From positions 3,038,001-3,102,000 of the forward strand of contig JBHGNT010000014.1 of assembly GCA_043228905.1 (NCBI GenBank): a stretch of 64,000 bases of DNA. The letters are read 5' to 3'. A program made the position numbers and the translations under genes. Each line of letters begins with the position of its first letter. Within the stretch, counting starts at the first letter, position 1. The notes beneath the pieces were generated by a model that was not told where the DNA came from, did not search any database, and worked only from the letters and a program-made list of their open reading frames with translations. The DNA comes from Azolla caroliniana. Lineage: Eukaryota; Plantae; Polypodiophyta. Shown in pieces: positions 1 through 11,901 of this stretch.

Positions 1-335
1 ACCGTACTTGATTCAAGAAACCTCGGAAATGCGCCCTCGACCCATCAAATTTAGCTGGGAGGCTAATTTTGGGCTCCTTGATAAGTCACTGACTTTCAAC
101 CCTTTGTTGTTGTAACACTACGATTGTGGACTCTAACTGTTGCACTCGTCGCGTGAACTCCTCTTGTTGTTGTTGCTCCTCTATAGTAACCTTTTGTAGA
201 TCCCCAAGTAGACGTTGATTCTCTACTTCAAGAGATGCGAACTTGGATTTAAGGTTCTCCATTTCTGCAACAAGGGTGAGATATTCTTCTGAGTTAATGG
301 AAGCCATGGTTTCAGGATAGTTACGAAGGAGGATA

Positions 336-366
<31 letters not shown>

Positions 367-792
367 GAATCAAACTGTCAGAACCAAGGATAAAAGATAG
401 AGTGATGGAAGAAGGATATTAGAGAACACGAGCAGAAAGGAACGAAATACTAAGAGAAGAATGGATGTATAAGATAGAGAAAGAAAGAGAATGGATACAA
501 GATATGTAATGAGAGCTAAAGACTGGTGTTGATTCGAATTGATTTGAGAATACATGTATGCCCTTATTTATAGGTTCCTATAGAATAACTTAGAGATTTC
601 TAGAATGTTCTAGACCTAGAATGCTCTAGGGCATTCTAGAATAATCTAGAGGTTTTACAATAATCAATGTAATACAAGAAGTAGCTTTTATTGTTTTATA
701 TAACAATAAGCTATCTTAATGGTTGAGGTTTTCAAGTATGGATTACAAGGTTCGAGGTTCAAGTCCGGGTGACGCCATAATGGTCATGAACA
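1..792 (-). mobile_element. 5' part of chromoviral (Tcn1-like) Ty3/gypsy element G: 5' LTR 376-792 plus start of gag; runs off the window edge
   Basis: Minus-strand gag MASINSEEY...KEPKISLPAKFDGSRAHFRGFLNQVR is homologous to the gag at 43113. The LTR is bounded by TG..CA (792..376), has a TATA at 572-565, and is followed by GTTTGA as in elements E and F. Confidence 0.85.
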
Positions 793-3076
793 TACAGTAG
801 ATGTAAAAAACCAAGACGAAGACCACTTGAGAATGCATGTTCAGAATCTCAAGAAAAAAATGAAAATATATCTGCATGCTATAGTTGTGCCTTTCATTGT
901 GATGGTAGATCCTGAAGAATGTTCCACAACTGAGGACTTCGACGTGAGAAAGCATGATCAATACAATTACTTTGTAATTGGTGGATCACATTCGGTTGAA
1001 GCACGCCGGCAACTTGTTAGAGAGCACCCAACGACTTTCTTCTTCAAGTATGGCGAGTGCAAAATATACATGTGCCTCACAACTGAAGAGGCAAAGCTTT
1101 TGGCATGGGACCACAACAACGACAACGACTATAGGCAAAAAATGTCATCTATTGAATGGATAAGGTTCTTCCACCATGAATGCCTGGACGTCAAACAAAA
1201 GTTTGGTGTGAAGCTACACCCTGGCCTACGATGTCAATGCCTTCATGAGGTCGGCATTGTGGTGGATGATAATGTTAAGTCGAATGGTCTTCGGAAATAT
1301 GAGTCCTAGTTTCAACTTGCCTTTAGAGATAGAGAAGTATGGGACCTACAAGATCAAATCTTCTCAATGTGGGAAAATAAGGAGGTCAAGGGTCAACGAC
1401 AAAAGAAATGTAAGGTAGACCCTCAACTAGAATTAAAGTCACAAGCGGCCAAGAAAATTGATTTGACAATTGAAGAAGCGGCTAACGACATGAAGTTGTC
1501 TCTGTGGAGAGCGATGCAAGGTATTAAGGACGAGCAGCTTCTTGTGTCTGTTTTGTCAAGGATTGTGGCGAAAGATTTAGCCCTTGAAGAAATGGTCACT
1601 AAGTTCAATATTTCAAATAGTGATATTGAATTCAATATGGTGCAATTGAAAGTTCTAATCTCATTTTCTAATTTCACAGTCATAAGGTGTACATGAATAT
1701 CCAAGAAGTTATGATGAAACAACTTGGATGTATAACTTGGGAACAAGTGACCGAGGATTATCCTCTAACGTCTTCATATAAGGCGTTATCCGAGTATTTT
1801 ATTGCATTCAAGGATTGGGTTAGTATTGGTGTTTTTCATTAATTTTTCCTCATATGTAGAAGTTGTGTAATAATACTTGATGTCTTATTGCTTCTATTAG
1901 AAATCGTGTCGTGGAAATTAAACGAGAAGTTAAGGATATACACGATTTCCCGACATCCTTCCTTGCACATCTCGAGCGAGCCAGAAAAGAAAAGGATCGT
2001 TGCTTAGTCAAGGCGTACGAAATTGAAGAAGATGGCTCCTTCAAAAAATTTAGCCACAAAAAGGACATTACGAAAGATCTTTACTACAACGTGATTTACG
2101 GCGATGTCGTTGACATGATCCAAAGAGTGCCAAAGAAGGAATATACGCAAATGATTGCTGATATTCCATACGGATTTCAAATGTCAAGGTCATCATATGA
2201 CGATGAACCTTTTAGGTTCAAACAATTAGAGAAGATGGTCAAGGATTTTGTTGAGCTAACGATTGCATCCTTGTGGAGGATAGTTGTCTTTCATAGTATG
2301 GACCAAGGGTACTCGGTAGCTCAAGCTTTGAGATCTCGTTGCCATGGCATCGAGAACCTTGCATGGTAAGGATTATTTATAAGTCTCATTCACTATATTA
2401 CCTTTCTTAAGATTGTTCGATCTATTATTAACTCGATGCAATATTTGTTATAGGATAAAAACCAATGTCAATAGAGGGCCAACCTTTCTATTCGTAAATA
2501 CCATTGAATACATTACGGTTGGCTACTTCGACGAAATAAAGAAACAAAGAATCAAGGAGCATTCTAATGAAGTCGAAGGTTCAAATCTGCTGGTATATCC
2601 AGCAGTGACACGGAAATTGCGACATGTCACCACGATAGAATGGGGACTTATCAACCCATACCAAAAACCTCAACGACTTATGATGTGCTTGATCAAGATG
2701 TTTTCTATAGAAGGAGATTGGATATTAGACCTCTTTTTTGGCACAGTTATTCCTCGAACTAGGTTAACGATCTTGAGATAACCAGTATTGATTCTTTTTT
2801 GTTTGAAAACTAATTCTTCTTGTTGCTTTCTTCACAGGGACAACGTCTACATGTGCATTGAAGCTCTTCAAAAACACAGTTGCATTGGAGAAGGACGAGG
2901 CGCAAGTTATATTTATAAACATGAGGATTAAGGCTTTGTGGGAGTGCCCAAACCAAGACGAGGAGGTCGGTGCAAAGAACCTCGCTGATACCGAAAGGTT
3001 TCAACCTGCTTCGCGAGAGCCTATTCTTCCATTAGTCGGGGAACCGGGGGAGCTAATAGAGCTTGATGAATCATGA
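793..3076 (+). pseudogene. Intron-containing ParB/Srx-like domain + beta-class N6-adenine/N4-cytosine DNA methyltransferase (N6_N4_Mtase-like), disrupted
   Basis: YFVIGGSHSVEARRQL...AKLLAWDHN...KMSSIE is ParB-like. MIADIPYG is a DPPY-like motif IV. W|IK...EYITV, NPYQKPQRLM..LIKMFSIEGDWILDLFFGT|GTTSTCALKLFKNTVALEKD is motif X/I FxGxG. Introns at about 1819-1900, 2366-2453 (GT..AG) and 2747-2837 (donor decayed). In-frame TAG at 1307-1309; the 5' end is cut by LTR G. Confidence 0.8.
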
Positions 3077-3676
3077 GCTTATAGAAGATATTTCATTGGC
3101 TCGGCTAACAGGGGGAAGACAATGCACGTATAGCCGAAGAGACTTCTATAAGAGATGAAGAAGAAAATGGCATTGACGATTTGATTGCTATGTAATAGAC
3201 TCTTTTGTTCACAAAATGTATTGTTTGGAATTCACATTACTAATACAAATCTTGGGTTTTACTTGGTGTATTCCATTCTTTATAATCTTCTATATGTTTC
3301 AATTTTATTTCTATATACTTGATTTGTTGACTTATGACATTGGTTTCACCGCGTGCATTGCTGAGTACCAATATGGAGAAACATGAATTAGTTTAAATTA
3401 AGGCTGATTTTAGTCAAACTTTACCTTAACATAACATGCTCGTAGAATTGTTGCCATGACTGTCCATGTTGTTATTTGTGATCAATTGGTGAGATTGTCC
3501 TTCCGTGTCTAATATATACTAGTCCATATAGCATGGATCTTTGTCTTCTATTGTTAAAACTATTATGTTTCTCTTCCATTGCTGCTTAGATTGTGTAGTG
3601 TGTTGATAATGGTTCCACTAGCGTTATCCGCATGTTTTTATACACTTGTAGTTCCACTAACGTTATCGTTTGGAGT

Positions 3677-3950
3677 TTGATCCCGTGTGAATCACCTAAG
3701 GAATAGATTAGATCAATTTTAAATACAAGTATTGAAAGCCTTAATAGGTTTGTTATTTCCATCACATTATCCTAAAGTTCACTATCTTACATTGTCCACA
3801 ATTATATACATATGTTTTGATCCCATGCGAATAAACTGAGGAATAAATTAGATCAACTTTAAATACAAGTATTAAATACCTTAATAAGTTTGTTATTCCA
3901 ATCACATTATCCTAAAGTTCACTATCTTACATTGTCCACAATTATATACA
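3677..3950. repeat. Tandem duplication, 140-bp period, 2 copies
   Basis: GAATAGATTA at 3701 vs GAATAAATTA at 3841; ACTATCTTACATTGTCCACAATTATATACA at 3781 and 3921. Confidence 0.9.
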
Positions 3951-4752
3951 TGCAAGTATGGGTCAAAGTATAAATTATAACTCATTTTATTAGTATGGTT
4001 ACAAGTACACCTCATATTTTTGTAAAACTTACCAAATTAATATAAGTCTTTAACTTAGTGTTTCCCATGTCGCACATTAGTGAGATATTGAGCCATTGTT
4101 GAACTTTATTATGCCTACATTAACTTATCAACACATCCAAACTTATTTGAATTTTTAATGATCTCCACTCGTAGACCTATCATGTAATTTTATATTTGCA
4201 AATTCTAATCAAGTTGTGGAACATGTGATACTAGTGCATCCAATTTTTGTAGAGAGGGTATATTTGGATATTTCCAAGAAGATTCTACAAGTGGAATGTG
4301 CGATCCTTCCATTTGTGAACGCGAACGTGTTAAAAGGGATTCAGCACTAACAACCATAACCGATTATCTTCCGGTTCGGTATTTGGATTCACAACACACG
4401 TCAATTACACACGTAAGATCCATGTTGTCAGGAACAGTACTAAGACAGAGAAGGAATTAGTACTAAAAGATGAGGATTAGTACTAAGGGAGGTGTATAAC
4501 TCTCGAGAGAAGGAAAGAGTGAGAGAGAGAGAGAGAGAGAATGATGATAACAAAAGAGAATATACAATAGTAGCTAGGAGGCTTAAGACGGGCGTTGAAC
4601 CGATTTGGTTCGAAATAATGCCTTGTGCCTCCTTTTATAGTGTTCTCAGGAGTACTCCTGAAGTTTCTAGATTGTTCCAGAGAAGTCTGGAATATACATC
4701 AATTTTCTAGAGTAAAACTTAAATGAAAATAATATCTTTCGTATTACAACAT

Positions 4753-4813
4753 ATAGTCTAATGGTCAAGAGCTTGACCCATGTAACATAAGATCATGGGT
4801 TCGAGTCGTGCCA
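4753..4813 (+). ncRNA. tRNA-like Pol III cassette in LTR (not a canonical tRNA); related copies 712-777(+), 57123-57183(+), 42633-42692(-), 47845-47904(-)
   Basis: A-box-like TAGTCTAATGG, B-box GGTTCGAGTC, ending CCA 10 nt from the LTR terminus. Confidence 0.55.
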
Positions 4814-4815
4814 TA

Positions 4816-5769
4816 TCATGACACTATCCCCCTTTTAAAATGACTAATGTCACGAGTCGTTTTGGATTGAGGACCCGGTTTGTCTGGATATTGACGATGG
4901 AAGTCTTCAGGAAGAGAACGAGCATTGGTCACATTCTCTATTGGTTCCCAAGTACGCTCGCTAGGACTATATCCTAGCCAATCGACTAAATAGTAGAGCT
5001 TGTTGCGAACAATCTTGGAATCAAGGATGGCGGCAACCTCATAATCAGGTCCATCTTCAAGTTCGATCGAGGGTGGAGGTTGTTTAATACGACCTATGAT
5101 GGTGTTGTCTTGATAAGGTTCGAGGAGAGAACTATGAAACACCATATGTATCCAAAGTTGTGGATGTAGATCGAGACGAAAAGCAACATAATTAATTTTT
5201 CCGATAATACAGAAAGGACCTAATCACCGATAATCCAACTTCTGGCATGGGCGAGTAGTCTTGATGTGTCGTCGTAGTAGCCATACCCAATCTCCAATGT
5301 TAAAATTGGATGGAAGCCAATGACGATCCGTGTAAACCTTCTGTGTTTGTTGAGCTTGTTGTAGATGAGTAGATAAATCCACTTGTATCTTGCGTAACCG
5401 CTCGAAATGATCCTCTACGCAAGGATTTGTGGGTAACTCTAGGGTTTCAAATACACACCACCGGGGGTGACAGCCCGCATAAGCATAAAATGGTGTAACC
5501 TTTGTCGATGAGTCGACAGAGTTATTATACACAAATTCGGCGAAGTGGAGAATATCCACCCAGTTATCTTGATGATAGCTTAGAAAGCACCGAAGGTACT
5601 ACTCCAGCATTTGATTTGTTCGTTTTGCTTGGCATCTGTTTGTGGGTGGTAGCCAAAAGAGAGGTTACAAGTGACCTTAAGCATTTTAAAGAGGTGCTTC
5701 CAGAATTTCGAGACGAACTGGGGTCCAAGGTCGTTGATGATACTATCGGGAAGGCCATGGTGCCGACAT
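4816..5769 (-). pseudogene. Integrase C-terminus + chromodomain of element F
   Basis: HFAEFVYNNSV; VFHSSLLEPY; YEVAAILDSKIVRNKLYYLVDWLGYSPSERTWEP; stops and frameshifts. Confidence 0.9.
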
Positions 5770-6199
5770 CCCGGGGGCTTCACTATATATAAAGAGGATA
5801 TATCACGTGCGTTCACGACATCTTTTTTAAACCCCTTATACATATGTTTTTTATTATTTTAGATACCCTTTTATAAAAAATTGGTTAATAAAAATACCCC
5901 TTAGTGTCAATATATATTTTGACAACAACTCATTTTAAATGCCCTTACATAAAAGACACATTCAAGTTTTATACATGTGCGTATATGTACATAGTGTTGT
6001 ATTGCATATGTTCATATGTATATATTGTATTGCATGTATGTATTATATTGTATTCCATGTTTATTTGCGTATGTATTGTATTGTATTGTATTGTATGTGT
6101 TATATATCTTATATCTATGGCAAGTGTGTATGTATCCATTTATTATGCATATGCAACCTCTAAAGTTAATGGATGTAATATGTTCAATGATCTTGACAT

Positions 6200-9030
6200 T
6201 GCCCCATGTGCACTCAAGACAACAACTCACTACTTTGGTATTAAAATCTAGATCATGTGGGATCTTGCAAAATATGGTGTCATTGCTTGAAGGGCCTCTT
6301 CTATATTTGTAAGTCCAAGTCTATCTTGCTCTAACTTATCCCATTGTGGGTAGGAAATTACTCTTTTAGAATCAAGTCTTGACATTGCCTTAACAATTTA
6401 TTGTATAATACAAGTGCTTTTAAGATAATTAAATCAGGATAGGTAATGCAGAAACCTGAAGTATATAATTGACAATAGATTTCCTCATACTCAACATATA
6501 CTCATGGTGAGACCAATTCGCCAAGTTCCTAGTTTTGTTTTCTCTATGATCCATAATTCTACATGCATCGCCAATTTCCATACATATTCTGCCAACACTT
6601 CAGCCATTGATGATATACTCCTCTACTTTGAGGATTTCAGCTATTAATCTCATAATGAAGGGTGTCCACTTCAGACACCTATTCATCTATGCTCCTAGTT
6701 CTTCTAAACTAATCCATTGGTTGGTATCATAAAATTTCTTATATATAGCATTGATGGCATTTCCAAATTACATCTTCCACCTAAATTTCATGAAAAATAA
6801 GTCAAATTCTAGGTAAAACAATTTCTCAGATAATAAATTGAACACTAAGCCAACTACACTAAAGGAAATTAGAGAAAACCTATAGCTGAAGTCCCAAATG
6901 TTCTGGAGCATATTGACAGACAAGGTTGAGGACAATTGGCAATGAAGGCAACACACTACTTGATAGTCCACCAAAGAGATCATTTGCTTTCTTCAATGCC
7001 TCATGCCTAGAAAGGATGTCTTTAGGACGTAATGTCTGCTGAGTTATAGCAGGATTTCCTGTTGATATAGCAGATGTGACACTTCTTAAACAAATGTGTT
7101 CATATACAATACATTTGCATTTCTTACTCCAAATCTACCTTCTCTTGGTGCTTGGATAAGATTTTCCCACACTTTTTTGTATTGCAAGTTGTGATGACAA
7201 GTCCTCTTTATCGTTTCTTTTGGGAGAGTTCAAGTCAATAGTCAAATTACTATACAATGAACGGCCAGGTGCAAATAATGCATGATGAAATGGAACTCCT
7301 AATGATAAAAGATTTAGTGCAACATTGAATAGACGAAACCAACTGTAAATTGAGATTCCATTGAAACATGGAAATTGACATACCAACATTAGTACAAAAC
7401 TTAAGAACATGAGAAAGCAACAACTTAGGATCCTGTTGTGGCATACAATTCATTGGAGAACTTGAACAAAAGAAATAGCACAATTAATTCATCTAGATAA
7501 GAGATTTGAAACTAAAAAGTAAAATTAAAGCAACATCTAAATTTACAAGCAATCAACACACTTGGCCAAAAGAGAAATGGACCAGGTTAAAGACAAGATT
7601 GGTATGCACTTCTCTTGAATTTGTCTTAGAATTGTGCATATTCCTAAGGAATAATTTATCATTGATTTTCATCAATTTGGTTCCCTAGGAGGTTTTAATT
7701 CATGGATGAGACAAACATTTTTCAAATAGGATACCTTTTAGATCTCTTACATCATTCCGCTCTTTAAAATATGTTATTTCATCTTTCTTTCTTCCTTATA
7801 ATTTCACCACACGGGTGACCTATATCACACCAAGAGAGCCTCTTCCCATCAAACTAGAGTGTTCCTACTGAACAGATTACAACCTTCAGTTAGTTGTGAG
7901 GAGATCAACCAAAAGTTATACTAATTGTTGTAGAATACTTAGCATACAATATGCATAAAAACTTGTGTTAAGTATTCTACCCCTTTTTTTAAGTACTTAC
8001 GTATCTACAGGTAAAATGCATAGAATACGTGAAAAACAAGCTAAATCTTTTGTAAATTTTAAAGCTTTAATAATAATATTATTATTATTATTTTAGCTTT
8101 TTGGAATGTTGCAAATGCATGTGTGCATGTGTTCATACATGCATACAAACACACATATACAAACACAGCCATGCATATGCAAATACACATGCACACATAT
8201 GAACATTGTTAAAAACTTGGTCATACCAAATCCCTCCTTCATCCTCGGGCTCCGATTGTGCCTCTTGCTCCATAATGGGAGAGAGAACCCTAAAAGAGGC
8301 TCAACAAAAACCCTAGAAGACACTTCTCTCTATCTCTCTCTCTCTCTTTCTAATACAAATTATATTAAACATAACTAGAGATTAATGGGTCCACATTGAT
8401 ATGGTCAATTATGATCACATCATTGTATGGTATTGACTTACTAAGTTTTTGTCTAAAACTCTCATATAGTAACATGTCTTTCAATTTTAAGTTTACACAA
8501 TGTCCATCAATCTCACAAACATATAGATCTTAGAACATACATCATGTTGAACAAATTTCTCAACCCTGAGATAAACACTTCATTCGAAAAACAATAGTGA
8601 ATATTTTGTTGTTAGAGTAACATTAAGTAGCATTTGGAATTGATTGGACATCCACTAATCTTCAACATTAAGTTCAAGTTCACAATATTACCTTTGTTGA
8701 TAATCTTTGTTATGTGACATTCCAAAGAAGCTAAGTGATGGTAGGGTTGTCGAAGTCATCGTCGAAGGAGTTGAAGAAATCGGAGTCAAGGGGTCGAGAA
8801 TCAGGGATGGAGTCAGAGAAGAAGTCGGTGGCATCGTTGTTATCGAGGTCAAGCTCCATAACCATAGTAGATGCTGAGGTAGAAGAAGAATAAGGTGCAA
8901 CAGAAGGAGGGATTGTGGAAACAACGTGGTGGCAGAAGAAGAAGAATCTTTCATCCCTCCCAACGATGGGGGCTTCACCTTTGTCTTGCTTCTTCCATTC
9001 TTCTTCTTTCTGTTGCCTCGTCTCAATCAG
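6200..9030 (-). pseudogene. Degenerate multi-exon coding remnant inside the TIR element (possible transposase or cargo; not identified)
   Basis: Exon-like 9026-8692 ends at AG|GTAATA. Reading-frame remnants 7340-6880 (WFRLFNVALNLLSLGVPFHHALFAPG...) and 6780-6250 follow AG acceptors and contain many stops. Confidence 0.4.
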
Positions 9031-10431
9031 TCATGTCTTCTTCTTCTTCTTCTTCTTCTTCTTCTTCTTCTTCTCTCTCTCTCTCTCTCTCTCTGCCCCC
9101 TTCCTTCCTTTTCCCCCTAACTTTTTGCCAAAACATAACACACATGTGCATTCGTAAATTTGTAATCTTCCCCCGTTTTTTCAAACAATTAGCGTTGATT
9201 GTATGTATTATATGTATGTATTGTATGTATGACATGTTGTGTGTGTGTGTGTGTACATATTGTATTGTATTGTATATATTGTATGTATGTACATATTGTG
9301 TTGTATGTATTGTGTGTATGACATGTGGGTATGTAAGGTATGTGTTTTGTGCTTGTATGTATCTATGTATGTACAAATGGATGGATGTATGGATGTAAGT
9401 TTGTAACATTTATACATGTATCATGGAAGGCATGTGTATGTATATATGTGTAACAATGTACAGATGTATATATATGTATGCACATGTATTTGTCTATGCA
9501 TATTTTCAGGGAATGATGTATGTTAGTAGAATTTATACGTGTATCATTGTAGGCATATGTGTGTATATACGTGCAACAATATATGAATGAATATATGTAT
9601 GTCCATATATGAATGTACATGTGTGTATGCATATGTAATGTATGTATGTATGTTCGTTAGTGTGTATGTATGTACATATTTATGTATGCGTATATGCATA
9701 TGTCAATGTACATGATTCAATGTGTATGGATGTGTGATTGTAACTGTGCATAATATATATGTAAATATCTAATGTATGTATGTGTATGTATATGTAGCAT
9801 GTATAAATGAATATATGTATGTCCATGTGTTGATGTACATATGTGCATGCATATATGCATAATGGTATTTATGTATGTATGTATGTATGTATGTATGTAT
9901 GTATGTATGTATGTATGTATGTGTATGCATATATGCATATATCAATGTACATGATTCAATGTGAATGGATGTGTGATTGCAATATGTGCATAATATAACT
10001 GAACAAGCGATGGCGGGAGCAAACGCAGCGGAACAGGGCGCGCAGACATGGCGTGCAGGAGCAGGAGCAGGTGCACGCTGAGGAACGCGCGCGCTGCCCA
10101 ACAGAGCAAGAGGCGCCAACTGTTGTCTAAGCCGTCACACTGGTGAAATGCAGGTAATAAGCAGCAGAGCGTTGGCGGGAGCAAACGCAGCAGAGCGCGG
10201 AGTGGGAGCAGCAGAAAAAGGCGAGCAGGAGCAGGAGTAGGTGCACACTGAGGAACACGCGCGCTGTCCAACCGAGTAAGAGGAGGAGCACAACGCCAAT
10301 TGCTATCCAGGTACTCTCACACACAATCCGCCCTCCCTCCCCCAACCAGAAAACGCAAAGTAACACATTAAAAAAACACAAAACAAAGGGGGAAGGGAAG
10401 AACAACACACTCGCAAGACACATAACTCGCT

Positions 10432-11901
10432 ATGATGGGAGGAATCGAGCTTCCACCAGCGCCCAGTTTGCTTGATGAAGAAGGTGGATCAGATCTCGCC
10501 ATTACCCTGTCCCCCGAGGCTAACCATGTCTTAGCGGAAGAAATCGAACGCCTACGGCGTACCTCCTTCGTATGTAGGTTTCTGGCAGGTAGACCAAGTT
10601 GGGGCATGGTTCGGGACATGTTTCAGGTGGCTGTGTTGGAGAACATGCCGGTAATCAAGAGTGTCAGGGGTTTAGGGAAAAACTTCTTCCACATTGAATT
10701 AGGTAATGACTCGCTGGCGCAACCATTGGTCGAGCTCAAGGTACTCGAACTGAAGTACGGCAAGGTGTTGCTCCAACCATGGTCACCAGGGTTCAATCCG
10801 ATCGAAGAGTTACGGAAACTCAACAACCCTAGGGTGATCACCGCAACATTTCCTGGCCTCCCTCCACATTTGTACCATCTGCTCCCTCTTTTTGGCGAAC
10901 AAGTAGGGATGATATGCCCTCAAAAAGCGTCAATGGCAGACACAGTCGCAGAGGTGCCCAAGTTGCGTATCTTGGTGCCTTCCCTCCATGGACTTCCATC
11001 AAGGATTAGATTCTACTCTGAGGAGTTAGGCCTCACAGTGGTAAAAGTGGTTTATGAGGGACTCCCGGGGCAGTGTTTCATTTGCAAACAGACAGGACAC
11101 CTAGCTAAGGAGTGTCCTCGTAAGATTGGAAAGGGAAGCTCGGGACCACGACCCTCGGGCAAAGTCGGGACAACCAAGGGTGAAGAAGCTCCTTGGCTAC
11201 CCGTTAAGAAGAAGGGGAAACTTGGAGGCCTAGGTGCCTCCTCTCCCGCCCTTTTTCATGACCACCCCCTTGAAAGAAGTCCTGCCACCTTGTCACCAGC
11301 AAGCGTGGACGAGCAACCCTTGAAACGAGTAAAGATCCTCTCCGGGAGTGCCAAGGCACCCGACCTACAGGTGAGAGCTACCAACAGATTTACACTTCTT
11401 CAAGGGTTAGGGGATGGCGACCTAGCAGCGTTGGCAGCAATGTTGTCCCCGTGCGACTCCTCACGCCTTCCCCCGCGGGAGCCCGAACTCGTGTTCTCCA
11501 CCCCGATGGAGATGCAACCCCAACTTGTACCGTCCACCCCGGAAGAGAAGTTAGCACAACCCCCCCTCCCGTTGGAACGTGAATGTGGTAGTGGCCTCAG
11601 ATTAGTGAAATCGTGGATTCGGACGGGCAAGCTCAAGGACAAAGAAAAGGGTAAGATAGGAAGACCAACACCTGGTTTGGCGACGACTCTGTTAGATAGA
11701 GGGATGCAAGTTGTGCCACCGCTTCGGAGCACAAATGTATCGCGGGATCTATTTGAAGCGGGTCGGGAACGACCGGCTGAGAATCTTGTAGGGGATTTGC
11801 AGCCTGCAGTGGAGACCATACCCCCCGAAACAGGTGTTAGTTTGCCCCATGACATGGGGATCGGCCCGAACATGGGCGCCAACGTCACCATTTTCGGATG
11901 A
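10432..11901 (+). CDS. LINE ORF1 (DUF4283/RRM-like region + CCHC zinc knuckle), 489 aa, intact
   Basis: LLQPWSPGFNP...FPGLPPHLY; YEGLPGQCFICKQTGHLAKEC. Confidence 0.9.
   Translation: MMGGIELPPAPSLLDEEGGSDLAITLSPEANHVLAEEIERLRRTSFVCRFLAGRPSWGMVRDMFQVAVLENMPVIKSVRGLGKNFFHIELGNDSLAQPLVELKVLELKYGKVLLQPWSPGFNPIEELRKLNNPRVITATFPGLPPHLYHLLPLFGEQVGMICPQKASMADTVAEVPKLRILVPSLHGLPSRIRFYSEELGLTVVKVVYEGLPGQCFICKQTGHLAKECPRKIGKGSSGPRPSGKVGTTKGEEAPWLPVKKKGKLGGLGASSPALFHDHPLERSPATLSPASVDEQPLKRVKILSGSAKAPDLQVRATNRFTLLQGLGDGDLAALAAMLSPCDSSRLPPREPELVFSTPMEMQPQLVPSTPEEKLAQPPLPLERECGSGLRLVKSWIRTGKLKDKEKGKIGRPTPGLATTLLDRGMQVVPPLRSTNVSRDLFEAGRERPAENLVGDLQPAVETIPPETGVSLPHDMGIGPNMGANVTIFG

Noticed and set aside
712-777. 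Bona fide tRNA genes in the LTRs
   Set aside because: The acceptor stem and cloverleaf do not close; reported only as tRNA-like cassettes.
793-3076. Bacterial contamination or restriction-modification operon
   Set aside because: Spliceosomal introns, a plant LTR insertion and no cognate nuclease.
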